A stretch of DNA of 64,000 bases, from positions 15,879,653-15,943,652 of the forward strand of contig NC_134028.1 of NCBI RefSeq assembly GCF_964204645.1. The letters are read 5' to 3'. The notes under the pieces are model-generated. The model had not been told where the DNA came from. It did not search any database and saw nothing but the letters and a program-made list of their open reading frames with translations. Of this stretch, positions 12,519-26,617 are shown in pieces; position 1 is the stretch's first letter; the number at the start of each line of letters is the position of its first letter. A program made the translations under genes and the position numbers. This DNA is from Tubulanus polymorphus. Taxonomy: Eukaryota > Animalia > Nemertea.

Positions 12519-15500
12519 ATTTTTAATATAAACGAGCTTTCCTAATTGTCCAGATCCGTTGAGAAATTGATTGGGGGAGGTTTGCTGTGTCTGGCATTAT
12601 GTTTTAGCTCACAAAACTGAGTATTTTTAGCCTTGACCATACTAGGCCCATAGATTTTCATAATGTGCTACCACTGGTATTGCCAATATATTGCCAACTA
12701 CTGTGAAAAAAATAACCAGTTCGTGCTGCCATTTAGAATTGAAACAAGACTGTTTTGGAAACATGCTGTGACCCCTACTTTGAGCTATGTTGCAGTTTAC
12801 CTGCAATTCAGTAATTTCAGTAATCAACAGAAATTTTCATCAAACGTCCTGCTTTATTCATAATCCCTGGTTCGCATCCCTGTTTTTGTATGTTACGTAA
12901 TGGTAGTATCAAACGAATTACTCAAAACAGCGCGATAGTTCTCTGAAATGCAATTTGAATAGCCAGCTGTAATTTTGGATCGATAAAAGTAAATTTCTCA
13001 CTGTATTCTGCTACTATCAATGTTTCGTTTAGATAGCGATATTGTGACGGCAAGCAGTAGCGATTGCAAGGGCTTTATGAATCGATTTTTCTTGGTCAAT
13101 ACAACTATAAAGCAGTGCGAAATCAACGAAAATAAGAAATTGTTGATATTCATTAAGCAAAAATTGCAACCTATATTGCTATCTATACATTCTGTTCTCA
13201 TAGGCGACCGTCAATCGCGCAGTGGAAAGGAAAGGTAAAATTTTCCATCACTGATTAGCGTTCGTTGCACATTCAAATGAAGAATTTAACAGCTTAGGAT
13301 TATCCAAATTAGTATATTTTATTATATTTGTATCAGTATAATAGATGTGACACTTTAATACATGATCAACAAAAATCATAACAAAACGATACGGGTATTT
13401 ATTGTTTATATTCTGGTGACGGAAGTGGTACATCGGCTATTGAAGTCTCACGTATAAGCAAACAAATGATTCTTCGAAATCCTGCCAAACGTGATAAAAA
13501 GAACCTTTTTGAAATTTTGGTCATTCTAACCAGGATTTTCATCCAGTAGCATTCAGGGATGTAGAAAAATACAAAAGTAAAACCATTTTTGCTCCTTTTT
13601 TCAATGAATTTGTTTCACAGACAGGGAATGAATAAAAAAAGCTAAACCTTATTTTATGTGAACTTAATGATGAATTCAGTGGCAGTTTGAATTCAGTGGC
13701 GGTTCCTGTAAACCAAGCTATTAGAAAATGAGGCGTAAGGAGCACTTGCTACTGTCGCAAAAATTTCCCTCCAACTGTTTGTATATTTGCTAGCAGGTAA
13801 AACATTAACCATTCAATACGATACCACTATATAATGTACCAATGCTTCAAGGCCCACTGGCCTCTTGTTATACAGATAACAAAGCATGTAACAGGTTTTT
13901 CTTGAAAATAAAGCCCTGTGACCTGTAAGATTTTTCACAAAGACTAGTAATGAATTATGTTTTTGCAGATATCTTAAGTCTATATTTCCAAATTGGATGA
14001 TTTTCTTGGGAACGATGGATCAAGCAGGCTGGACCTTATGTCCCTGGGCACTTGTTAAAATAAACCAATTTGCACGATTAAGAGACATACATTAGTAATA
14101 TAGTTTTACAAATAGTATGATAACAGGACCTTGAGAGCATGTGACCTATGGTTCTCTAGTTGATGTGAAAGCTTGTAACAGTCATAGTTCCCTCTTCTCT
14201 CATGTATGATAAGTCATATTAGATTTGATTACGACCATCAATGGCTACATTTTTTTGATGATGTTTCAGGCAAAATTCTATAAATTTATACATTTTCCTC
14301 GAAAATGGAAGACCCATGTTCCAACAAACCAGGATATACATTCTTGTTAGCACTGGATTATATAAGATATGGATTCTTTGGTCATATTTGCAGCTTATAT
14401 AGTTGGTGCATCTACATGGTATGAACCGGAGGTGCCAAATTTGTTTTTCAAAGGCAAGTCCAGCGTCAAAGCTTTGAATTTTAGTATGCTAAAAGTAACC
14501 TAAGTAGACAGTACATTTGTAAATTTGGCTTATATCGCATTTTACACAATTGGGACGATAGGTAACAACTACGTAACTCAATTAATTGCTTTGATGGACA
14601 TGGACCCTGTTTCAGAGTTTTTGGTTGTACTTTGACCTTTCAGTGAAATCATTTTTAATTATGAAGTGAAATTTTTAGCCAGAACTTTGGAACTGGATCC
14701 TACATTTAGTAGTTTAGAACAATTGTAACATCAACTGAGTACATTCTTATAACTGTTTCGTTGTAAAAAAGGCTCTAATTGCACTTTAACACTGTAACCA
14801 TGATGCTAACATATAAGCCTTATGCCAGAAGTTAGAAAACATGTATCACAACACTTAAAGCGGATTTTATGAAAATTAGCTCTGTTAGTCCACATTCATA
14901 CAGACAATGAGAATCTTACCTACTTTAATTGTCAATTGTATTAATCGATAGTGCTCACCGATCCATGACTACGGCACAGTGAAATAAAAAGAGGCATCAA
15001 CTTGAAAGAGGGCATGCATCCATCCTCAGAAAGTGATGTATTCGCTAGGTACGTCGCTAGGCAGACTGAGGGGGCCAGAATAACATTTCATGTTATTTTA
15101 AAGCATTTTTCAAGCACTTGAGCATTATAGAAGAGAACGGTCACCAAGCAGATTCCAAGTGAAAATTGATCTGAACCTGCCTTTTTATTGCTCAAAATTT
15201 GTGTGCCCTTATTTGATATATCATGCCAAGAGATTTTTTGTTAAAATCTGCCCTTTTCACTTAAACTTATAGTGCAACAATAATGTAGAATAGTGCCCTT
15301 TTGAGCAAAGGAGATTGCCTCGTATTGCCTTTTTTATATTGGGGAATCTATTTAAATTCACGTTTTGGTTTAGGCTTAGTACCAGGGATGAAAATCTTAT
15401 GCGGAAATCCGCGGTTGGATGCTATTTTTATCATTCTTGTGATTCGTGTCGATTTGTTGAGAAAATGGAGGGGGGTACCTGGTAGTGGTTATAGTTTTGA

Positions 15501-16213
15501 GAAAGTTGTGTGTTGAGAACATAGCACACTTAATGAACAGATCATAAACGTGTCTTAACTGGTGCTATGATCTCCAAATTGCTCATATACAACATCGTTG
15601 CAAAACATTAAGCCACCTGCCAGCGCGAGTTTCATCAGTAAAAATCAATAATTTCAATCCACGCACTTTGTGTTGGTCCCGAGCAAAGGATAGGAAAATT
15701 ATAGATAGGGGCTCCGCTACAATAACCTAAAATATTTTTGACAAGTACTCATGCACTTCCTGCATAGCAGCACCATTCGTATTCAAATTGAGGGAATCAC
15801 GGTTATAGAATATTTGAAACATGCAGCTAGGGATTCGAACCTGACTGGTCTTACTATATGTATCTAAAAGTTGGATATTGTCGGAGCCATCCTTTTCATT
15901 TCCATCCAGACATAAACAACAGACGATGGCAGCAGTCTTATTTTGTCATTAGTCAATGCTGGAAAATGAGCCTCAGATGCTCCAAAATCCCCTTGAAATT
16001 TCAAAATTTGTTTTTGGGGGGACTCCCAAACGTTTCACAGTTTCAGTTTCACAGTAAGGGACTTCGCACCTTCGGTGCTCGCAATTGGCCTAGTAGTTTT
16101 ACTTATTACCGCGTTTTTCAAACTACTCCGTTTTCATCCCTGTAGTACAGAAAGGCAATTTTCATTGCTCACAAATTGCGTGCCCTTTGATTCATTTTTT
16201 GCCCAAAACCAAA

Positions 16214-17470
16214 TTTTTAGCCCACTTGAGACTTTAGTCCCAGCGGGCTATTGCGTTCACTTTTCGACCGTCGTCCGTCCGTCCGTAGACGGAATCCAGT
16301 TATTTTGGGAAGTTTTGAAGACTCTTCAAGGTAATGTCTTGATATTTGGTTTATACATGTATCTACCCTAGACACATCTTCAGCCCAAGAAATGGCCCTG
16401 TCAGAATCAAGATGGCCGACTGGCAGCCATTGTTGTTCGCCAAAATCAGCTCTTTTTACACATTTTTGAACTTATTGAGGGAAATTTTGAAGATGCTTTG
16501 ATCAATTACCTTGATCTTTCGGATATATGTGAATCCCCCCAGGGTTCATCAGCATAACAAAAATTGGGTCGATCGGACTTAAGATGGCCGTCCTATGACC
16601 TTTTTAGTGCCCAAAAATGTTAATATTGGCCCGAATTCTGAGTCCTGTAGCTTCCTACTGGTTTACCATTTCTCATTGTAATTTGTGATGGGTATTCTTT
16701 GGAAAGGGATGTTTTATACCTGAGACAGGTATTTTTCATCAGCCAATTATGCCATCTTGGTGTCACCAGTACTCATTCATAAGTGGGAAAAAGTTTTTCC
16801 ACATTATATTGATACCTAAGCGTATTTTGTTACCACAATCATTTAGAAAGTTGTAGCTCATAACGGGTTCTATGATTGTAGTGAGTTTCAAGGTCATTGG
16901 ATTTTGTATATGGCCACCAGGAGGCGTTGAATAATGCAATATCTTAGCATTTCTATATTATATTCGTACCTATGCATATTTTGTAACCACAATCAATTGG
17001 AAAGTTGTAGCTCATGACATGTGAGGGTGATGGTTGTGAGTTTTAAGGACATTGGTTATTATATATGGTCACCAGGGGTGTTGAATAGTAGAATAACTTA
17101 ATATTTCCTTATTATATTGGTACCTAGGCATATTTTGTTACCATGATCAATTGCAAAGTTGTAGTTCATGACATGTTCTATGAATGTGGTAATTTTCGAG
17201 GTCATTGGGTTTTGAATATCGTCACCAGGGGGCGTTAAATAGTAGAATAACTTAGTTTTTCCATATTGAATTGGTAACGAGGCATATTTTGTTATCACAA
17301 TCAATTACAAAATCGTAGCTGCTGACATGTTCTATGATTGTGGTGAGTTTCAAGGTTTCGCATTGGTTTTTGTATATGGTCACCAGGGGGCGTTGAATAT
17401 TGAAATTGTTAGATTGTTGAGCATTTGGAACCACTTCCCAAGTGGGCATGGTGTCCCTGGACCCCTAGTT
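16214..17470 (+). mobile_element. Family C element, copy 2 (complete)
   Basis: Colinear with 11275-12518; ends CCCAAGTGGGCATGGTGTCCCTGGACCCCTAGTT. More fragments at ~10994-11110, ~30054-30165, ~40800-40970 (-), ~47051-47460. Confidence 0.8.
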
Positions 17471-18669
17471 TCAAGGGCACTCTAAAACTGCTACTGTTGC
17501 ACGTTGTTCGCTGTTGAGTAGAATTCATACTCCGAAAACTTATACCGGCCATCCATGGATCCACGCAAGAAAGGAATAAACACATTGACTTTCATAACAA
17601 GTTCTAACTTATAACTTGTAACATAAAATATAATTAAACTTACAACAATTATGGTTTTAGTCTAATACAACTTGGGTCTGCGTTTTACTTCTGAAACGCT
17701 TCTCACATCAAAACCACGGACGACTGCCTAGCCTTTGCTTCCAAAACCGAATGTGTTAAAAGACGGAATTAACGAATAACGCGAACGACTGCGCACACAC
17801 GAGAACGTGATTTAGGATCAACGGCGCAAACACGCCACTACGAACTAGAATTAATGACGGCGCAAACACATGCACTAGAATTAACGATATTTATTGAAAA
17901 CACGCAACCTGCTGGTCACGACACATGACACGTCGCCACGTGGTGGTCGGGACATCCGAATTCATCGCTAATATTTCCGGTGACTGCATTACTCTTGCTG
18001 ACGACGACGACTATTCAGACTCCAACACACCAACCACACGCTATGAACACCATTTTAACCAAAACAATAGCATCAAGCACAAAATTTGCCTGATTTCTTC
18101 AGAGAGCCAATCGCTCAAAACTTTTACTTATGGCAGCCATGTTTTTACTTCACCTATAGATGTCAGCACCTGCCGACTACAATATCTTGAAAACTAAAAA
18201 CCCTAACTCAATATTGCAAGACGAATCACACGTAGTGCTTGTGTGATAGTTTCGATCCGCGCCTGTGATCTTAAAGTCGACATCCACCACTAGCTCATAG
18301 AATTTTCGACATTTCAATTAACATTCTACTTTTTTTCCATTTCGAGTTTTAAGAAACCCGGAAGTAAATTTTCAGCAACAATTGTGCAACTTCTGTCCAT
18401 ACGGTCTGCCTTGAAGAATGAAATGTGACAAACATTATTGGTGTCTTATATTTAAAAATGTATACTTTTTTGGGTACATTTCTTGTCATGACACCAAAAA
18501 AGTGACAATCGTCTGACAATTTTGTACAAATGTCTTAATCTTTAAACATAGTCCAGTAGTCCGTAAATATCAGTATGGTTTCTTTTAAAAAAATATTGTC
18601 CCCGATCCATAGTATCATCAAAATTATTTAGACATATTTTTACTCTTGAGCAAGTCTTTCATGTTTTTT

Positions 18670-19060
18670 TATCAGGAGAATTCGACCATATCACTCCAGT
18701 TCTTCAGGACCTTTACTTGCCACCCGTTTCTGCAAGAATCCAGTATAATATGGCACTGAATCATCTGGCTTCTTTATACTTTTCCTGACTGTTACACGTA
18801 CCTCTACGTTCTGCTATTTAGGAGAGACTGCTTGTTCCAATTTTCGGCTTGTCTTCATATGGTGGTAGAGGATTCTCCACATATGCTCCCAGACTGTGGA
18901 ATAACCTCCATGCGAACATACCTGACCCCATTTCTTTGTCATGTGATTCGTTCAAGCACACTGAAAACCGTTTTATCCCGAACTAGCAACACAGTTTCTA
19001 GAGGAGCCCATTCAAGCTTTTATAAGGAGCTTTAAGCTATATAAGTGACAATTTATTATT
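18670..19060 (+). mobile_element. Decayed 3' end of an L2-type LINE
   Basis: FDHITPVLQDL motif near 18680, YGxRxFSxxAPRLWNNLxxNI near 18860, and a short ATT-repeat tail. Confidence 0.6.
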
Positions 19061-20207
19061 AGGGCATATTATTTTATGGACTTTGCGGTCAGCAAAACAT
19101 CAATAACAACAGAAACTGAACGCCTTAACAGGAAGAGGAAAGCAACAGAGAAAATGTCTGAGTATATATAGAAGCGTAAAGTTCTGTAAATACATGTATC
19201 AATAAATCAATCAAAATGTTCATATTTCTATAGCTATATATTTCTCTCATATATAAATGTTCATATTGAGGAAAGGTACTTTATCACGATGATATATTAA
19301 TCTTCTGTTTCTTATCCCTATTCTTTATTGTTAAAAACAAAGCAATGTTACAAACAAAATTTTCAGGTTTCATGTATGTAAGTTGAGCTCAAAACCTTAC
19401 AATGCCAGCATTGTAAGTATCGCTCCTGTTTGAGTATTTGAGTAGTGACACAATAAGCATGCTTGTGGGACCTTCTGAAGCATTTGATCTCAGCGGCGGC
19501 AGTGGTTGTACGCCCTTTTCTCTACACCAGTCTTTATATATGTTCACATGAACACAATTTGAATTGTACTTACAGGTTTCATAAATATAGTGCCAGTGCT
19601 GCCCTTAAGAAAATGGTGGGGTGGTAAGAAATTTTTTTTCCCGACCTTCATGCTGATCCATGTTTCTACCCAGGGCACATTTTAATTAGGTAGTCTAATT
19701 TTTTAGCCAGGTGATTTATGAGAATAATAATGGTTTAAACAAGAAATGAAAATTGTTTTTTCTTATTCTAATTTGGGATTCATAACTGGATTAGGAAGCT
19801 AGAAATATAAATACGTTTATTAGTGTTAAAACTGTAATTTTTATTTCCAAATTTCATTCAACAAAGGCCTCATATAAGATATTCTTACCGGAATGGTTTC
19901 ATTGAATCAAAGTTAGTTTTGCTTACCAGATCGAATCTTTTTTGCATTAAAAAACGTCTGTATCGACGCCTGTCGTTTCATTGCCATTTTGCTGAGTCAG
20001 CTGATCGACGAAGTTTTATTACTAACAGAAAAGACTGTGCTCTAATTTCAGTTGCTGCTATAATTATTCATGAATAATTTAACTTTTTTCATTAAAAAAA
20101 CTTTCATCTAAACTCCACACAAAACAATAAATTCATACACGTGGGCTTGTGAGCAGCGCCGCGCCGCTTAAAGCATGTATTACACTACTCTACTGTATAC
20201 TGCGTTA

Positions 20208-20248
<41 letters not shown>

Positions 20249-20250
20249 AT
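20208..20250. repeat. (TG)n microsatellite
   Basis: Direct reading of the sequence. Confidence 0.95.
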
Positions 20251-20307
20251 GCTGCGAGCAATCAATTGCTTGTAGGTGTGTGTAAGCGGGCCCTGAACTT
20301 CGCTGAA

Positions 20308-23300
20308 AAGATTTTAACTATATATTTAACAGCCTTAAGTCCCTTCACTAAGAATAATGATTACTGGTACCTGTATCGGCAGTTTGTTTTGATAAACGCG
20401 AATTTCACAGCGCGTCAGGCAAATTGCCGCTATGCTGCTAATCAATAGACTTACATACCGGTTCCTGAACTTCGCTGAAAAAGCTGAATCACTGAAACCC
20501 TGAAAATAAAATGCTGAAATTTCAGGGAATTCCCGAAAAACACTGAAAATTCTGGGAATTCCCGAAAAACGCTGAAATCATGCTAGGAACCCACAATACA
20601 CGTTTTGAATTTTTTTCCGGGGCGGGATCGCTGCCGAGTCCTGAACATTTGCTTTTGTCTCTACCTAATTTTTGGTTGTAGAGACATGCATAAACAGTGT
20701 GTGGAGTATGAAAACCTATCAAAACTTTATCACAACTGTATAAGCCAATGTTATTTTCGGTGTCATTGAAATTCGTTAATAAAGGTTCAACTGTCATTGT
20801 ACTTAGCATAGCTTCAATTGGGTTTCATATTTCTACATTTTCTACAAGGAGGAGCCTTAAAGGGTCGTCCCCGGGTAGAGGTCAAAACTTGGTTTACTTT
20901 CTCAACTTGCTGAGATTACCATCTGCATTCATGCCTCAATTTGTCAGGCCTATAAGAGTCGAACAACATTTTCCCATACACAGACTTGGCTTTAGTGTAG
21001 ATGAAGGCTAGGCACTGCACATTGTGGATAAACTGGAACTCTAAACTCTCAAAATTAAAGGTCAACAAGAAAGATCCAATAATTGAACGTTTATCTTAAC
21101 TATATTAATTAACACCTTGAAATATACATTATACATTCCGCAAGAGTACATAAAAGAAATCAGTTCTACATTTTATCCGAATCAAGCGTTAAAGCCACAG
21201 TTTCGCTTAGCTTGGGCTTGAATTCTGGTTCCATAACTTCGTATTCTATTGAAATCCCCTCGGTTACCTCGGAATATCGCTTAGCTTTTAAAGACTACGA
21301 ATTTGGTCCCAGGAAAAACAAGTAAAGCGGGGTCTACTGTACATCAGCTGTTGACTTATTTTTCTCTGGTTGAATCAAGTTATTACTAAAATAGCGTTCG
21401 TTGTATTTTATGTTTTAAAATTGTGTCGTTTAGCTATCCTGCTACAAATTTCACAGTTGAAGTTCACTGGTGGCATCTGATTGCGTGAAATATAATCACT
21501 GCTATAAAAAGTCTTTTCTCGGTATCTGTATGTCCATCAAAGCAACTTGGTCTACGATTCCTCCATTTATAGATAGTCTAAAAATAAGAATTGATACATT
21601 TTTCTAACAGATGGTTTGTCATTTCTTTAAAAAACCTAATGATTTTCTCACCACAGCAAAAAAATTATTTGCAATTGTTAAATCCATTCCATGCGCACGA
21701 TGAATTAAAAAGAAATTAAGTAAGATCCCTTTTGTCCAAAAGCCGCATCATCATAATAGCTAGCTATCAAATTTAACTTACCTCCGGTCTCCAACAGAGA
21801 ATACCACTGTCGTCCATAGTCATGCGTGACATGTTGACAAAAGAGAAGTGGCAATCATAATCATATTTTATATACATTTGAAATGTTCAAATAAGATTTT
21901 TTTGACGCCTTATAAAACGTTACCATTATGAAACCTAAACAATGCTAACCATTCAGCGTCATTTTACAAACGACAACCGTAAATCGATGTGCAAAACGTC
22001 ACAGGTTTATGTGTACACATACAAGCTATTTGGCAAAATATTATTGATAAAGATGTAGAATGGCTCCCTGTGATTATATAATGACCTCTATTTGAACGTC
22101 TGAATGTTATATTGCATTGAATATCATGAGAAGACGTATTGTAATAGTAAAGGATGTATGATTATATCAGGAGCGGCAGGCATAAATAGAAATGATAAGT
22201 AAATCGGATTATTCGGTTAAATGGCGGATGTATACACGATTTGGAAGTCTGATATAAAAGTCAGACCCTGTCATGGGGATGCTAGTGGAATGACGAAGCT
22301 ATCTACGATCTGAGTAGGGCCGGCGTGAATTTCATCGGCGGCTACAAGCGGTCTATATAAAAACGTGTAAACATATAATTTCAATATTCAAATGTTTTAG
22401 AAAATATGTTCGATATTAGGGGTATGCAGGTTTCATGAGATTAGCAATTTATAATAGCATAGCTGTCGTATACGGCTCCGCGTCCACTGATGGCATGTGT
22501 ATAAGGTGACAATTCAATTCAATACTTTATTGATCCTTATTACATTGAAATTCCGGGATAAAATTCCCAAATTCAATAAAGTTACAAATTTTAAACTAAG
22601 AAAATACAAAATACAAGACACACGGGTAATTCATACAGAATAACATGTATAAGTTATTTAAATGACAATGTCTACTTCAACCCAGACTCAAGTCTAGGAT
22701 ATCGAGTGACAGCCAAACCGGGCCCCGGGACCGGGCCGGCTGGCTACACGATATGCTCGAAGTCATGATGAAGCAGACATCAGAAGAGCTCTGTCTTCAA
22801 CCATGGAGGCAATGAAGTTGCAGACCAGCTAAGAGGCAAAAGTGAATCGAAGTCGGTCACAAGTTGACAATTTTTTTATTAATTAGACCAGTCGAAGACT
22901 GTATCATCTACCCAATCGCCAAATCTCATAATTCCCCAAATTTCTTATAACTTCGATTTCAAATTTGCAATTCCACATTAGCTTATCCCAGAAATTCTAC
23001 ATTTTTTCGCAGGCGTCAAATAATTTATTAAAGTTAATTTTCTTGTTTCGTCTTGTAGAAGTCAACCATTTCTTGGAATATTCAGCATAGTGTTTAAAAG
23101 TGGCTTGTACGGTTGTGAATGGGTTTTCACAGGTTTGCATACTCCACACATACTGTTTTATGAAATGTCTCTATAACTAAATTAGGTCCGGAAAAATAGT
23201 TCAAAACGTGTATTGTCGGTTCCTAGCACGATTTCAGCGTTTTTCGGGAATTCCCAGAAATTTCAGCGTTCTTTTTTCAGCGTTTCAGTGATTCAGCTTT

Positions 23301-23472
23301 TTCAGCGAAGTTCAGGAACCGGCATGTAAGTCTATTGATTAGCAGCATAGCGGCAATTTGCCTGACGCGCTGTGAAATTCGCGTTTATCAAAACAAACTG
23401 CCGATACCGGTACCAGTAATCATTATTCTTAGTGAAGGGACTTAAGGCCGTTAAATAAATAGTTAAAATCTT
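20308..23472. mobile_element. Segment bounded by ~290-310-bp inverted repeats (foldback/composite element)
   Basis: 20308-20620 is the near-identical reverse complement of 23188-23472. Confidence 0.75.
21897..23050 (+). mobile_element. HINE-like element, family D, copy 1
   Basis: Begins TTTTGACGCC, ends GGCGTCAAA...TTCTTGTT; directly repeated at 26618-27810. Confidence 0.7.
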
Positions 23473-25764
23473 AGATTTTAGTACCCTCCAGAATTTTATT
23501 TGGGCATTAGGCTGACATCGTCCAGCCGTTAAAAGTTACCGCTTACCAGCTCATAAGGACAGCACTGTAGTGTGCCATACGACTGCTCCACTTAACAATG
23601 TTCACTGACTGTTGACATGTAGCAGAAATTAAAAGAGGCGTTTGTGACAGAATATGGATATCTGTTCCGTCAGCAGGCCACATACACATTTCTGTAATGC
23701 TGAATAACTCGGTAACAATGAAACATACTTGGAATAATCGGCCTCACACCAAGCCTTAAACTGCGACATTGGTTCCCTTATTTTTGTCCAATGCCGATAG
23801 TTCCTTTGTGAGTCTGTATCCAACGGGACATTTACAATTTAATATGGAGCACTCTCCCTCCGTCGAAATGTAGTGCAATCGGTTTTCCATGACAAAATGC
23901 TTGTTACCGTCTGCGAGCACGTAGACTCCTGGAAATAAATTCCAGTACGCTTTGCTCTTTTGCAAAGTCATTGAATAAATATTCCTTTCATGTAAGGCAT
24001 ATGTCGTCTGTATCGTTGTAACATTGGAACACTGAAATTTAAAGTGAGGATGAATTAAAAAATCTTAGATTCCTTTTCCTCAATTTGATTTCTGAGTTGT
24101 ATAATGTTAATGTATTTATAAGGCCTCAAATGAATAAAATACCTGCTTATATCTCAGAGGATGCATCATCCACGTCATTGTAAAATATAATTAATTTTGG
24201 AATTAATAATTGATTTCATTCTCGCACAGAGCGAGTACTCGCGGTAATACGCTCTCTTGTGTCGGGCTTTCTGCTTCGCGCACCTCACTCAAGCCGTTCG
24301 AGTACGCGAGTTCCGCGAGCGTTAAACCACCTTCGGAAAATTTTTGAGAACATTTAATATTATAATGAGAACATTTCATATTTTGAATTTTTTGACAAAT
24401 ACGATAATTCTGCATATGATAATCGTAGTCGTTTAACCATTGAAAGTAAACATCTTCAAATCGTTTCGACTTTAGATTCATTTCGTAACATTGCTGGCTG
24501 CACGGTGCTTGTAGGTTTTCCACTTCTCGCACTCAAGCTTCAAGAGTAGGACTTCACACTCGAGCGATTGAGGCTCGCGCTCGGGCGATTGAGGCTTTCT
24601 AGCATGCGAAACCTGTATCGTGCAATCGAAAGACTCGCACAAAACTGAATGCTCGCGCGAGTAACTATTCGAGCATTTTATAGCTTGATACTTTCTCTAT
24701 AATCTTGGGCCACATGATCTGAGTTAAGCATTTAAAACACTAGAAAATAGACTTCAATCTCACTGTAATGCCAAGGGCAACTTGCCTTGGCACCTGTTTG
24801 TTAAAATGAACAGAACTGCATTATTAAAGGAGTAGTAGAATGAACAATGTAATATGTTTTCATTGATATTATTAAAACTGGACCTCAAGAGCATGGGACG
24901 TTTGGTCCTCTAGTAAATTTTTTCGATTATACTATGGTTTTATAAATCATTCTACTCCCCCAAAAGTCAATTACAGTAGATTATAGTGCTTTGGTGAGAA
25001 GGTTGTCTTTGTGGCTAGGGCCCTTCTGGGTGGGAAGGTTGCCTGTGTGGCAAGGACCCTTCCTGTTTTCGAGATCAAATGCCTAGGTCACCAGAAATTA
25101 TGCATGTAAAACCTTGTGGATGCTATATTGAATGGCAGAAGGGTGTTTATATTTGGAGAATAGGTAGCCTCTGTGAGCTGATGTTCGCTATCGTTTTGGA
25201 GGTCAAAGGGTTAAGGTCACCAGGTTGAGTGATGTAAACTTTTTTCAGTGGTAAAGCAGTTGCAGTATTTGATGGATTTTCACCTTATTGTGCAGGGTTA
25301 GTCTGTGGTAGGTAATGACCCCACTGATTTAGGGGTCAAAGGTCAGTCTTTTATTCCCATAAAACCATTCCATTGTCTGCCCTTGTCAGGATGTAGCTGC
25401 AAACTCTAGAAATAATTAGCTGTTCAAGTACATGGCAAATGCTTCTCGCTTCACATTTTGGCTGGTATGTAAAAGTTTCAAAAATGTCATTTTGAGTTGC
25501 TGCGATGAGACCACCATGTCAAAAGCCTTACCTCTTCAACTTGCCCCCTTAACTATGCTTTTTCAGGGCCCTATATAGCTTCACCATATTTCTAGTTATT
25601 TGCAAAAAGAGTTGACAGTTACCGAAACCTTCAACCTGTGTTTAGAATATCGTGTCCACTGATAAGGAGCTATTCTTCTTCAAATTTAATGAAGGAAATT
25701 TGCTGTGTGACCTTCCATAGGTCAGATGTGAAATGTTAACAAATGAATTGAATATTTTTTGTAG

Positions 25765-25830
25765 ATGCTTCAAGTTTGTCTCCTCAGCAGCAAGCTCATA
25801 AGTATAAAATGAAATTGTCAGCATATTTGT
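25765..25830 (+). CDS. EXOC7: Exo70 internal exon (66 bp)
   Basis: ttgtag|...|gtaagt, phase 1 to phase 1; (D)ASSLSPQQQAHKYKMKLSAYL joins the 10357 exon to the KVL exon in frame, at the position of the vertebrate ...KRLLSTYI segment. Confidence 0.88.
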
Positions 25831-26134
25831 GTAAGTACAATATTTAATAAGGCCTGCACATCTTAATAATGATGATCATCCCTTACAAAAAAATCATAAA
25901 TGTGATTTTTTTTTTAAACACATCACACGTGTGATTTTGTATGTGAATCACACGTGTGATTTTGTCCCATTTTTACACATGTGAATCACACATTTGATTC
26001 ACATTCAAGCTGTATCACACGGGTGATTTTCTAAATCACACGTGATTTTGTCCCATTTTTACACATGTGAATCACACATGTGATACAGCCCTTAATGTGA
26101 ATCACACATGTCATATAACACAGTCATGTGTGAT

Positions 26135-26493
26135 TTATAACGCATGTGATCTGCAGTCATCCTCATTGTTCCAGCTCCACACGACTACAAGAAGTATAAA
26201 TACACATTCATAATGGTAAAAATTTGACCACTTCTTTCATTGGACATGATGTTTCATCCATACTTCACAATTTCCTAAAAACTTGCCTGAAAGGAGATCC
26301 ACATAGTGGCAAAACAAAATGTAGTTTCAAATTTACAACCAAATGTAATAACTCACTTGTGTACATGTTAATGGGAATTTTATTTTCAAATATTTACAGA
26401 TTTACTTCATCGATTTATACTGTTTCAGCATTTGTCCAATCTTCTTTATAATTTGGACCGCGGTAATCCCCGATCTACAATTCAGAACATGAT
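26135..26493 (-). pseudogene. Decayed two-exon PHD-finger-like gene remnant inside the EnSpm-like element
   Basis: Exons 26357-26493 and ~26135-26286 with AG/GT sites in matching phase; ICKYFENK...HVQ*KKWSNFYHYECV...EDDCR, where TTT/TGA/TGG sit at expected Cys positions. Confidence 0.45.
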
Positions 26494-26617
26494 CTGGAGT
26501 GAGACAAAATTATAAAACATTTAAATACTACACACAATTCCAAACAATAAATCAATAAATCAGTATCCCCAATATCAATGATCTGATCTAAACGGGGCTA
26601 TTGTAACACTAGCTTAC

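Noticed and set aside
19090-19175. Possible EXOC7 exon (…KMSEYI)
   Set aside because: No suitable donor and it ends in a stop; 25765-25830 fits phase and splice sites.
23629-23971. Coding-looking - strand ORFs
   Set aside because: Short, interrupted and without a motif I can recognise.
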